Shown here piece after piece: positions 8,301 through 16,407 of a DNA stretch of 64,000 bases. Within the stretch, counting starts at the first letter, position 1. Each line of letters begins with the position of its first letter. The DNA is taken from NCBI GenBank assembly GCA_035636315.1, contig DASPZJ010000021.1, positions 1,667 through 65,666 of the forward strand, given 5' to 3'. The translations under genes and the position numbers were made by a program. The DNA comes from Thermoplasmata archaeon. Lineage in GTDB: Archaea; Thermoplasmatota; Thermoplasmata; RBG-16-68-12. The notes beneath the pieces were generated by a model. It searched no databases and had not been told where the DNA came from. It saw only the letters and a list, made by a program, of their open reading frames with translations.

Positions 8301-11300
8301 ACATCACGATCACGGCGTCCGTCGGGAGACCGTCGACGAACATGGTCGGGACTCGCACCCTCGCGACGGCCACCCTCGCGGTGTCCGAGGACCAGGCGAT
8401 GCGCGTGCCCGCCGACTCCGACGGCGACGGCGTCCCGGACTGGATCATGACCCGGGACCTGCACGTCCCCGCGCACTCGGAGAGCGGCACGCTCTACTTC
8501 GACCTGGACCGGAACAGCGCCTTCCAAGGGGGCGACGTGGTCCTCCCGGGCGCCGTCCTCACGTTCACGGACAAGGAGTTCCCGTATCAGCGGACCGTCA
8601 CGAGCCGGCCGGACGGCTCCTTCACGGTCTCGACCTTGCCGCCCGGGACGTACGCCCTCACCGTGCAGGCGAACGGACGGACGGTCCGTGCCGCCGACGG
8701 CACGATCGGGACGGCGGACGTGACGGCGAACGTCGCGGTTCCTTATGCGGGCATAAAGGGCCTCGCGACCTCAAGCCTCGGCGGATCGGTCGCGGGCGCG
8801 ACGATCGACGCGGTCGATGAGACGAACGGGACGACGTTGCGCTTCACGGCGGGCAGCGACGGATCGTACGCGCTGCGACCCTTGATGGCGGGGAACTACA
8901 CCCTCACGGCAGCGTCCGGCAATCTCGCATCGAATCCCACCCTCGTGCGCGCGGCGAACGTCGACGTCTGGCTCAACCTGACGCTCCGGCCATCGGGCAC
9001 CGTGGCGGGCACGACGACCGTCTTCGGGACGGCCCGGCCGTTCGCCAGCCTCGAATTCCAGTCCGCGATGGATCCGTCGATGGTCCGCACGGTCACGTCG
9101 GACGCGTCCGCCCGATACGCGATCCGCCTTCCGGCGGGAGAGTGGTTCGTCAGCGGACGCTCGTACGACGGCACGACGCTCTACGCGACGTTGGGGCGAG
9201 TCCTCGTTGCCGCAGGTGCCACGAGCTCCCTCGACATCATGTTCGTCCAAGGCGTCCGGGTCACGGGCACCGTCTTCGATCCGAATCCGGCGGTCCGGAA
9301 TCCGCAAGCCGCCGTGGCCTTCGCGAACGGCGCAGGCCAGCGGTGGCTCACCACGAGCGGGACCGGTGGCTACCTCGCGCTCCTGCCCGTAGGCACGTAC
9401 GACCTCCAGGCGTTCAACGCCGTCGCGGCCTCGTTCGGGTCCATCGCCCTGCTTACGAGCCAGACGGTCGACATCCGGCTGGTCAACGCCTCGGAGGCGG
9501 TCGGGGGTTCCGTGTACCGCGACATCGACGGAAACGGGGCGCTCAATCCGGGCGAAGCGATCGCCGGCGCGCGCATCGCCCTGACGGACGACACGGGGGC
9601 GCACGTCTCGCTGACGACGAACGCGACGGGCGGGTTCTCCGTCCCCCTCTTCGGGAACCACACCTACGCAGGCTCCGTGTCCGCCGCAGGGTTCGAGACC
9701 CGCGCGATCCCGGCGTCGTCGCCGGCGAGCCTCCGAACGCTCTTGCCGATCGCCCTCGTCCCGACTCCGGTCGCCGTCCAAGGGAGCGTGGTCCTGAACG
9801 GCGCCCCGCTCCTGAACCGACCCGTCACGGTCCGCGCGGTCGCGATCGGCGAAGGCGCGGTCACGCAGACGACCCTCACGGACTCGAACGGCGGCTACGG
9901 CTTCCGCCTCGTCCCGGGGACGTACGATCTCCTCGTCGACGAGAACGTCTCGACGACTCGGGACTGGCGTTACCAGAACGCGGGATCGGACGGCATCGAG
10001 GTGTCCGTCGCCCAGGCGTCCCTCGGCTACGACATCGCGATCGTCACCCGCACCCGAGTGACGGGGAGCGTCACCTTGTCCGGGGTCCCGCAGTCCGCAT
10101 CGCTGTCCTTCGACGGCCCGGAGCACCGCACCGCGGAAGCGACGACGGCCGGGTTCGAGGTCTACCTCGTGCCCGGATCCTACGCCGTCTCCGGGAGCAA
10201 ACAGATCGTCCCGGACCGGTACTCGTTCATCTCGACCGCCACGGTGCCTGCGGCGAACCTCACGTACGCGCTCGTGAAGGCGACTCGCGTGGCCGGACAC
10301 GCGCTGTTCAACGGCGCGGGCGTCGTCGGGCCCATGCCCGTCTCGTTCGCGCGCGCGGAAGGCGGCCGGGTGAACGTCTCGACGGATTCGGCCGGCGCAT
10401 TCGCCGCGTACCTCGTCCCGGGCAACTACACCGTCACGTTGACGGGGACCAACACGGCGACGGAGTCGGGCGCGCCGCGCTTCTACACGTACGCCTTCAC
10501 GGGCGGCCTCACGGTGGCACCGGGGGCGGCCGATATCGCGTTCAACCTGTCCGTCTCGAGAGACCTTGACAACACGACGGTCTCCGGAATCGTGAGCTTC
10601 GGCGGGTTCGGCGTCGACACGACCGTGACGTTCACCGCTCGGGGAGGCGGCGCGGTCGCCGCGACAACGTCGTCCGCGTCGAACGGCTCGTACTCGGTGG
10701 GCCTCGCGCCGGGCACGTACGACGTGTACGCAGCGCGCTCCCTCGGAAGCGCCGTCTCGTTGCTCCGGATCACCGTTCCGCACGCGGCCCAGGACACCCG
10801 GAACATTCCCCTGACGAGCGGGTTCATCCTCTCCGGCGTCACGACGAACGCGCAGGGCGCGCGGACGTCCGCCTCGATCGCGATCCAGTCCGCCGCCGTC
10901 CTCGACCTGACGTCGGACGGGAGCGGGTCGTACTCGACCGTCCTGCCGGCGGGCGTCTACGCCGTCTCGGCGACGAAGACGGGCACGGAGAACGGGATCT
11001 CCGTGACGTACCAGACGGCGACCTCGGTCGCGCTGCAGTCGGACACGGTCGCGAACCTCGCCCTCGAGAAGGTCGTCTCGCGCTCCGTGGTCCTGTCGTG
11101 GGACGGGTCCCAGCGGCAGACGATCTCCGCCGGCTCGTCGGTCACCTACACGATCGTCGTGCGCAACACGGGCAACGTCGCCGACACCTGGTCGCTCTCG
11201 GGCCGTCCGGCCGACTGGGAGGTCTCCTTCGTCCCGTCCACGGTCTCGCTGAACTTCGGGACCTCCGGCACGAGCGCGGCGGTGGTCGTCACGCTCACGA

Positions 11301-11902
11301 GCCCCGCGGACGCCCTCGTGGACCACGGCACGATCACCCTCGTCGCAACGTCGACGACGGACGGCACGACCCAGGGCAGCGTCGACCTCCAAGTCGACAT
11401 CGTCCGAACCCGGGGCCTCTCCCTGTCCCTCGACCCCACCTCGGGCGTGTTCGACGGCCGCTTCCTGAACTATACGCTCACGATCACGAACTCCGGAAAC
11501 GCCGCCGAGACGGTCAACGTGGAGATCACGAACCCCGATGACCTCGCGGCGAACGGCTGGATCGCCCGGCTCGGCACCACGGGCGGGGCGGCGACCGACA
11601 TCCGCCTTTCGGGCGTCTCGGTCCCGGCGAACTCGACGACGAAGGTGCGCCTCCAGTCGCAATCGTCCGGCGGCGCGAGCGGCGCGACCGTGATCGTCCG
11701 AGCGTCCGCGCAAGACTCGATGGCGGTCTCCTCGACGGGTTTCTTCACGCTCCAGATGCCGGTCCTCGCCACCGGCCCCATCACGGTTGGCGGGCCGAAC
11801 ATCGCCCGCGAAGCGCCGCTCAACCTGCAGCTCCTCGCGGCCGTCGTCGCCGCCGTGGCGGCGGTCGGAGCGGGGCTCTTCCTGACCCGCCGGAGGCGGT
11901 GA
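5399..11902 (+). CDS. aglB: Archaeal oligosaccharyltransferase AglB (STT3 family) fused to ~10 CarboxypepD_reg-like beta-sandwich repeats and a C-terminal TM anchor (2167 aa)
   Basis: Multi-TM N-terminal region, GGSDSYYWDRA loop motif, WWDYG catalytic motif (LSWWDYGFEAV). The C-terminal ~1250 aa contain repeated G.V.D..G.P..GA.V...T.T...G.Y units with many N-x-S/T sequons. Ends with LLAAVVAAVAAVGAGLFLTRRRR*. TTG start. Confidence 0.9.
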   Translation: MQEEKGWLHAHWRTGLILVLIFGVALFVRVYFVYGLSLATAAPSQCDANYVPTYSGGSDSYYWDRALCYSFQTGKDLGTDRMLNYPVSFPNPRPPLFPWFSLLVGRVLAPLFNNAWDAVYFVFLLSSGLFGALIVFPTYAMGKEAFGRKAGLIGALLIAISVGNLQRSNSTDADHDAFTLFFVVSTFYFFLRALKTMKGRRWVENWFQRESISAGFGGFFRENRTSVLYALLAGLCVTVIALAWQGWAYVSVILLVWFAAEMFVDRFRNEDPMGAWILFTIALATPILLAFQWYYVRNNIRVWFDVPAYLFLASIVVGFAFTVTRDYPWTLVIPSTLIAGAVGLAVGVAVNPTLASAFVTGAGYFIQSKLVTTIAEDQAPGMSQLILSFGLFTFGMSLLAIAYMLWQIPRRREPAYRIAVIWTFVAVFMAITAARFIFNASPAFAIAAGYAIDLVLVRADFAGMRRTYRSLAEGNWRNAVRKSLKVRHVLAALGVVFLVLVPNVWFGLDAAIPFELKAQYDRQVASTLPSFLRAPSYNPSSNSPFYFGAFGYALPKPTDYYPAAWTWFRTQDADEPPELRPAYLSWWDYGFEAVDRGAHPTVADNFQNGYALAGQFITAQNETQGIALLAVRLIEGDFRAHSLTIGPEVRDILTAYGISADTFAAVLGHPNVYVAVVLADPVTYGVWDSNMHPLNAQYILLSHLLTARFGEERMVDLYHALRDATGTDIGYFAVDSRLFPINAQNTGIFYAPVKLSDHRVIQLADGRVLAPDFFQIFVNTTRATNIQIQFLQPGDQVRSSRIAYQPAFYNSMFYRAYVGYSPTELGFPNNPAIPGLDPGMQSFPPVPAWNLTHWRVVYRTSYYNPYLDVSNHTDAWQAMNYLDAQKKQADIQAGKIKGTADLSTISSIASGVVFLRYYDGAWVNGTVSADSVPLAGVNITVTDELGTPHYRTATDASGHYSVLVPFGNITITASVGRPSTNMVGTRTLATATLAVSEDQAMRVPADSDGDGVPDWIMTRDLHVPAHSESGTLYFDLDRNSAFQGGDVVLPGAVLTFTDKEFPYQRTVTSRPDGSFTVSTLPPGTYALTVQANGRTVRAADGTIGTADVTANVAVPYAGIKGLATSSLGGSVAGATIDAVDETNGTTLRFTAGSDGSYALRPLMAGNYTLTAASGNLASNPTLVRAANVDVWLNLTLRPSGTVAGTTTVFGTARPFASLEFQSAMDPSMVRTVTSDASARYAIRLPAGEWFVSGRSYDGTTLYATLGRVLVAAGATSSLDIMFVQGVRVTGTVFDPNPAVRNPQAAVAFANGAGQRWLTTSGTGGYLALLPVGTYDLQAFNAVAASFGSIALLTSQTVDIRLVNASEAVGGSVYRDIDGNGALNPGEAIAGARIALTDDTGAHVSLTTNATGGFSVPLFGNHTYAGSVSAAGFETRAIPASSPASLRTLLPIALVPTPVAVQGSVVLNGAPLLNRPVTVRAVAIGEGAVTQTTLTDSNGGYGFRLVPGTYDLLVDENVSTTRDWRYQNAGSDGIEVSVAQASLGYDIAIVTRTRVTGSVTLSGVPQSASLSFDGPEHRTAEATTAGFEVYLVPGSYAVSGSKQIVPDRYSFISTATVPAANLTYALVKATRVAGHALFNGAGVVGPMPVSFARAEGGRVNVSTDSAGAFAAYLVPGNYTVTLTGTNTATESGAPRFYTYAFTGGLTVAPGAADIAFNLSVSRDLDNTTVSGIVSFGGFGVDTTVTFTARGGGAVAATTSSASNGSYSVGLAPGTYDVYAARSLGSAVSLLRITVPHAAQDTRNIPLTSGFILSGVTTNAQGARTSASIAIQSAAVLDLTSDGSGSYSTVLPAGVYAVSATKTGTENGISVTYQTATSVALQSDTVANLALEKVVSRSVVLSWDGSQRQTISAGSSVTYTIVVRNTGNVADTWSLSGRPADWEVSFVPSTVSLNFGTSGTSAAVVVTLTSPADALVDHGTITLVATSTTDGTTQGSVDLQVDIVRTRGLSLSLDPTSGVFDGRFLNYTLTITNSGNAAETVNVEITNPDDLAANGWIARLGTTGGAATDIRLSGVSVPANSTTKVRLQSQSSGGASGATVIVRASAQDSMAVSSTGFFTLQMPVLATGPITVGGPNIAREAPLNLQLLAAVVAAVAAVGAGLFLTRRRR

Positions 11903-11903
11903 G

Positions 11904-12674
11904 GTGTCGCCGCGCACGGTGCTCCTCGGGGCGGCGGTCCTCCTGGTGGCCCTCGCGATGGCGACCCCGCCCGCGGCCGGTCAGGTGCCGCTCGTCCTCG
12001 CCCTCACGGGCCCTGCGTCCCTCGCGCCGGGCCAGACCGCCGCGTACAACCTCACGCTGTCCGGCGGGCCGACGGGCGCGGTGACATACACGGTGCGGTG
12101 GCATGTCGAGGGCCCGGACGCGGCGGGTGCGCTCCCGCCCGCTTCGAACCCGACGAGCGAGACGCACAACGCGACCGCATTCCAGCTGAACATCACCGCA
12201 CCGCCGCGGGATACCGACGTCACCCTGGTCGTGAGTGTGAGCGCCCAAGTCGGGACGACGTCCGAGAACGCGAGCGTCGAGAAGTCGATCGTCGTCATCA
12301 CGCCCATCCTCCTGTCCGCGACGTTTCGCAACGACGGGACGACGGCGGCCGTCAACGTCACGGTGCGGTTCTACGTGGACGACGGGCTCGTAGGCTCTCA
12401 GAAGATCGCGAGGATCGACTCGCACGCGCAGGCGACCGCGTCGTTCAACTACCTCCCGATCGGGATGCAGCCCGGCACCCACCGCGTGCGGATTGAGGCC
12501 GACCTCGACGGGAACGGCATCATCGACTCGTCCCGCGGCGAGGCCTTCGCTTCGGATCTGTTCTATCGGACGACGCCGGGCCTCGGCACCGGGTGGACGG
12601 TCGCCATCGGGATCGCGGTGTTCCTGCCCGTCCTCATCGCGACGGTCGCGGTGCGCCGGCGGGAGCGCGCCTGA
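11904..12674 (+). CDS. Secreted sequon-rich protein with signal peptide and C-terminal TM anchor plus basic tail (candidate N-glycoprotein)
   Basis: GTG start overlaps the aglB stop (GTGA). Signal-like N-terminus LLGAAVLLVALAMATPPAAG. Nine or more N-x-S/T sequons. C-terminus WTVAIGIAVFLPVLIATVAVRRRERA*. Confidence 0.6.
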   Translation: MSPRTVLLGAAVLLVALAMATPPAAGQVPLVLALTGPASLAPGQTAAYNLTLSGGPTGAVTYTVRWHVEGPDAAGALPPASNPTSETHNATAFQLNITAPPRDTDVTLVVSVSAQVGTTSENASVEKSIVVITPILLSATFRNDGTTAAVNVTVRFYVDDGLVGSQKIARIDSHAQATASFNYLPIGMQPGTHRVRIEADLDGNGIIDSSRGEAFASDLFYRTTPGLGTGWTVAIGIAVFLPVLIATVAVRRRERA

Positions 12675-13283
12675 TCACGCGGACTCGATGAGCCAGACGT
12701 CCGAATGGTTACGGAGCAACATCCCGAGCTTCGTGCGCGAGATGCCCGCCCGCTTCAGGAGCGGTTCGAGCTTTGCATCCTCCGGAAGCTGCACCTCGCC
12801 GTCGACCCATGTGGTCGCGACCGGCTCGTACCGGACGACGCGATCGCCGACGCGGACGCGAGCCGCGGCCGCTTCCCGGAAGGTGTGAAGCACGACGTGG
12901 ACCGACGTGACGGCCGTCGGCCGGACCTTGTGATTGTAGTACTGGGCGACTTCCCGGTGGACCGGAGCGAAGGCGCCGACCCGCTTCGCGTACTCGTGCC
13001 AACCGCGTTCGAACGGCGAGCGCAAGGTCGACATGCAGTGCTCCGTGACGGGCCGGACCTCCTCGAAGGTCGAGAGGATCGACTGGCCCGTCGTCAGGGC
13101 GGACAGGAACTCGGGCCACGTTCCGTATTCCTCCTTCGGCATCGAGTTCGCGAGGTTCCTCGCGAGCGAGACGAGGTAGTTGTTCAGCCCGCTCACGCCG
13201 ACCTTCGCGGCGATGTCCTCCAGGAACAGGTGCGTCGCGATCTCGACGAACGGGTTGCTCTCCGGGATCCGGGATTCCGCCAT
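12675..13283 (-). CDS. Hypothetical protein, paralog of 13285..13905 (V4R/COG1719-like, tentative; Cys residues lost)
   Basis: Similar throughout to the upstream neighbour (L..D..K.G..G...NLA..M.KE.Y..W..F; V..YN..V..AV...V.H.FRE). Last gene of the KaiC-like operon. Confidence 0.5.
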   Translation of the reverse strand: MAESRIPESNPFVEIATHLFLEDIAAKVGVSGLNNYLVSLARNLANSMPKEEYGTWPEFLSALTTGQSILSTFEEVRPVTEHCMSTLRSPFERGWHEYAKRVGAFAPVHREVAQYYNHKVRPTAVTSVHVVLHTFREAAAARVRVGDRVVRYEPVATTWVDGEVQLPEDAKLEPLLKRAGISRTKLGMLLRNHSDVWLIESA

Positions 13284-13284
13284 G

Positions 13285-13905
13285 CTACCGGTCTCCCTTG
13301 ATCCGCGCGCCGCGCATCACGAGGGCGTAGACGCACTCGTAGTTCCGGAGCAAGGCCCGGACGTGGTCCTCGTTGATGTTGACCTGCGCGACGTTCTTCG
13401 GGGAGATCTTCGCCTCTCCGCTCCAACCGCGGGTGGCGAGGAGGTAGCATGCGAGGGAGTTCCCCGAGACGGTCACGTTCTTCGCAATCTCCTCCCGGAA
13501 CCGCTCGTGGAAGACGCAGAAGTTGCACACCGCGATGTTGTGGACGTTCTCGTTGTACTCGCTCGTCACCGCGCGGTCCGCGGGGCTCATCCGGCCGACC
13601 GCGAAGCGCGTGCGGAAAATCGTTGGGACGTAGCAGCACTGCCGCATCGCGTACAGATAGCCGACGACGTCCCCGTCGACGTCCGTGACGGCCATGTCCG
13701 TGAGCGGCGTGACCTCGCCCTCGATGCTGAAGGCCGTGCGGCCCTCGCGCACCGCGACGTTGAACGACGTCCACCCGAGGTACGCCTCCTTGCCCATCCG
13801 GCTCGCGAGGTTGTCCCCGACCCGCTGCCAGAACTCGACCACCCCATCGGCGCCCGCCTTCTCGATCATGTCCTCGATGAGGGAGGCGAGGGCGACGTCG
13901 ATCAT
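13285..13905 (-). CDS. V4R-domain-like protein (COG1719-like, tentative)
   Basis: ~200 aa with a Cys-rich C-terminal half (CCYVP, CNFCVFHERF, ACYLL, YECVY), consistent with 4-vinyl-reductase-type small-molecule-binding domains. Family call by eye only. Confidence 0.45.
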   Translation of the reverse strand: MIDVALASLIEDMIEKAGADGVVEFWQRVGDNLASRMGKEAYLGWTSFNVAVREGRTAFSIEGEVTPLTDMAVTDVDGDVVGYLYAMRQCCYVPTIFRTRFAVGRMSPADRAVTSEYNENVHNIAVCNFCVFHERFREEIAKNVTVSGNSLACYLLATRGWSGEAKISPKNVAQVNINEDHVRALLRNYECVYALVMRGARIKGDR

Positions 13906-13926
13906 GCGGGATCTCCGATCATGGGA

Positions 13927-14715
13927 TCACACGAACGAGCTGAGGACCTGTTTCAGGTAGGCGCGCCATTCCTTCTCCGCCTTCACCGCGACGGTGTCGC
14001 CGCGCAAGTCCCGCAGCTTCTCGACCAGAATCGTCACGAAGCGGTCCCAGTGCCCGGCAGTCATGTACGACGCGGTCGTGCCGACCTCGTTGTACGCCAT
14101 CGGGACGATTTCCTGGAGCGGACCGGGGCCCACGAGGGCCCCGAGCCGGGACTGGAGGAACTGCGCGATCTCCTTGTTCTTCTTGAACTCCTTCGTCTCG
14201 CCGAATTTCTCGACGAACAGGATGCGGGTGAGCCGCTTCAGCTCGCCCGCGACCGCCTCGTCGTACGTGGCGAGGACCTCGGGCGTGATCGGCTTCGACT
14301 CGAAAAGATGCCGCACCACGATTGATGTCTTCACGATGTTCGCGAGGACGCCCTGCATCTTCGTGATCTCCACGGGCTTCGTCGTCAAGAAGACGAGGAA
14401 CGCCCGGTCGCCTACGCCCGAGATGATGATCGTCCCCGCCTCGAACTGCTGGACGGACATCATCATGTTCTGGCCGCCGAGCTGGTTGCAGATGTGGGCG
14501 AGGTTCCCCTTCAGCAGATTCAGGAGCCGGTACTGTCGCGGATCGAGCCGGTTCGGGATCGAGGACGAGAAGATCCTGCCGTCGACGCCGAGGAACATCG
14601 CGATGTTGAGGTCGTTCTCCTCGCGCGCCCGCTTGAGTTCGGTCTCCAGGAGATGCTTCAGGTGGCCGACCGTCTCGGCCCCCATCGTCTTGTCGACCGT
14701 GCCGGCGTAGGGCAT
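13927..14715 (-). CDS. Roadblock/LC7 (MglB-like) domain protein with a ~130-aa C-terminal extension
   Basis: NIAMFLGVDGRIFSSSIP ... MMMSVQQFEAGTIIISGVGDRAFLVFLTTKP matches the roadblock fold pattern. Immediately downstream of the KaiC-like ATPase. Confidence 0.55.
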   Translation of the reverse strand: MPYAGTVDKTMGAETVGHLKHLLETELKRAREENDLNIAMFLGVDGRIFSSSIPNRLDPRQYRLLNLLKGNLAHICNQLGGQNMMMSVQQFEAGTIIISGVGDRAFLVFLTTKPVEITKMQGVLANIVKTSIVVRHLFESKPITPEVLATYDEAVAGELKRLTRILFVEKFGETKEFKKNKEIAQFLQSRLGALVGPGPLQEIVPMAYNEVGTTASYMTAGHWDRFVTILVEKLRDLRGDTVAVKAEKEWRAYLKQVLSSFV

Positions 14716-15606
14716 CTAGCCGCCCCGCTTGAGCCCGTACGAGTTGAACAGGATCTGGAGGGCTTCCTCGGGGGAGTAGTCGTAATCCCAGCTCCGTTGC
14801 ATCTTCTTGATGCGTTCGACGACGCGCGCGGGCGCCTTCATCGCCTCCGCGGTCTTGATCGCCTCGTCGAAGGTCTTCGCGTGGCTCCGCGTCTGTTCCT
14901 CGGGAATCGGACTCGGGCTGGCGCGGACGACGATGCCGACCCCGCGGGCGAAGAGATACGGATAGACGCCTTCGCCGTGGTGGGAGCCCCGCATCTTCAG
15001 GAGCTTGAGCGTGCGGTTGAACGCGCCGCCCACCGGGTAGTACTCGAGGTGGATCGCGCCGTCGGACAGGTAGATTGGCAGGAGGACATCCTCCCCGATC
15101 GTCTCGCCGGGCTTCGCGTGCTCCTCGACGGTGCACAGCACGACGCCGAGCTCTTTGAGCGTGTAGAAGAGCTTTCCAATCAGCTCGCGCTGCTCGAGCT
15201 TCTCCGCCGTCGCCCAGATGACCGGCGTCATCGGGTCGATCACGACGCGCGTGGCAATGTTGTAGTCCGCGCGGGCCTTCACGAGCTGCGGCAGCTGCTC
15301 CTCGATCATCTTCTTGAAATTGCGGCCTTTGAGGTGGATGAAGAAGAGCGATTTCTCGTAGTACTTGCGCATGTCGAAGCCCATCAGGTCCGCCTCGCGC
15401 ATGATCTGCTCCGGCGGCTCTTCGAGGGTCACGTACAGGGCCTGCTCGCCCTGCTCGATACCTTCCATCAGGAACTGGATCGCGAACGTGGACTTGCCCG
15501 TCCCGCTCGACCCCAAGATGACGACCGTCGACTTGGGCCAGAATCCGCCTTCGATCAAATCGTCGAGTCCCGGGATCCCGCTCGCCACTTTCTGTACGTC
15601 GGCCAT
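14716..15606 (-). CDS. KaiC-like/RecA-superfamily single-domain ATPase (COG0467)
   Basis: GIPGLDDLIEGGFWPKSTVVILGSSGTGKSTFAIQFL (Walker A), then LYVTLEEPPEQI and a Walker B region. ~60-aa C-terminal extension. Confidence 0.8.
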   Translation of the reverse strand: MADVQKVASGIPGLDDLIEGGFWPKSTVVILGSSGTGKSTFAIQFLMEGIEQGEQALYVTLEEPPEQIMREADLMGFDMRKYYEKSLFFIHLKGRNFKKMIEEQLPQLVKARADYNIATRVVIDPMTPVIWATAEKLEQRELIGKLFYTLKELGVVLCTVEEHAKPGETIGEDVLLPIYLSDGAIHLEYYPVGGAFNRTLKLLKMRGSHHGEGVYPYLFARGVGIVVRASPSPIPEEQTRSHAKTFDEAIKTAEAMKAPARVVERIKKMQRSWDYDYSPEEALQILFNSYGLKRGG

Positions 15607-15731
15607 GGTGGTCTCCCCCTCGAGGCTCTCCTCCGGAGGAGGCGAAGCCTCGCTAGGTGGAATGCGCGATTCGATGCCCGCGGCCTTTTAAGTGAATTCC
15701 GACTCCGAAATCGACCCTGATAACAAACGGG

Positions 15732-16367
15732 TCAGAGCTTCTCGCGGACCGCGTCGAGTTTCTCCGCGAGATCCTGGCTCCGTGCGGCGACCGCGACTTC
15801 GCCGCGGGTCTTCTCGATCAGGCTGCGCGCGACGTCCTGTTTCCGCTTCAGGGCGACGAGCGCGGTCGGGTAGTCGAACCGCATCAGAGCGTCGAGGATC
15901 CGCTCCATCATCTCGAGGAACGAGGACGCGAGCTTGACGTCGCCGCGCCGCAAGTGCTCGAGAGCGAACCGCCGCAGCTCGCCTACGACGTCGCCGAGGC
16001 CGAGGAGGTACGCGGTGTCCGTCACGCCGAGCTCCTTGGGACTCGGTAACGGCTCCGCGTCCAGGATCGAGTGGACGAGGAACGCCTCGCACGCCTCCTG
16101 CATCGCGTTCTCGACGATGCCCGTGTGGTAGAGGTCCGGATGGTCTTGCAGGAGGCTCTTGAGCTTGAGGACCTCCTCTCGCGTCTCCTGGAGGGCCGCC
16201 GCGACATCGTGGCCGCGATGCATCCCTTGGATGACGCTACCGCTGAGTCGCGCGATCGTTCGGGATGACTTGATCGTGAGTTCACGGACCTCGTCTTTCT
16301 CGTCGAGACGGGACTCGATATGCGAGATCACGTCGTCGAGGTTCTTCACGCCGCGCGCATGGCCCAT
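15732..16367 (-). CDS. Translin-family protein
   Basis: EKDEVRELTIKSSRTIARLSGSVIQGMHRG and YLLGLGDVVGELRRFALEHLRRGD parallel the human translin motifs (EQDIREEIRK...LQGVHQG; YLLGVADLTGELMRL...GD). Confidence 0.7.
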   Translation of the reverse strand: MGHARGVKNLDDVISHIESRLDEKDEVRELTIKSSRTIARLSGSVIQGMHRGHDVAAALQETREEVLKLKSLLQDHPDLYHTGIVENAMQEACEAFLVHSILDAEPLPSPKELGVTDTAYLLGLGDVVGELRRFALEHLRRGDVKLASSFLEMMERILDALMRFDYPTALVALKRKQDVARSLIEKTRGEVAVAARSQDLAEKLDAVREKL

Positions 16368-16407
16368 CCCGTTATATGAGCGTTGGCCCGGGGACGAGCG
16401 CTCCGAG

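Noticed and set aside
8771-11917. 1048-aa minus-strand ORF, plus the other long antisense ORFs (5702..6862, 7133..8527, 9142..10569, 6127..8106) overlapping aglB
   Set aside because: The composition is extreme for R/G/D/P/A and runs antisense to a gene with clear STT3 motifs. These are typical spurious open frames in ~68% GC DNA.
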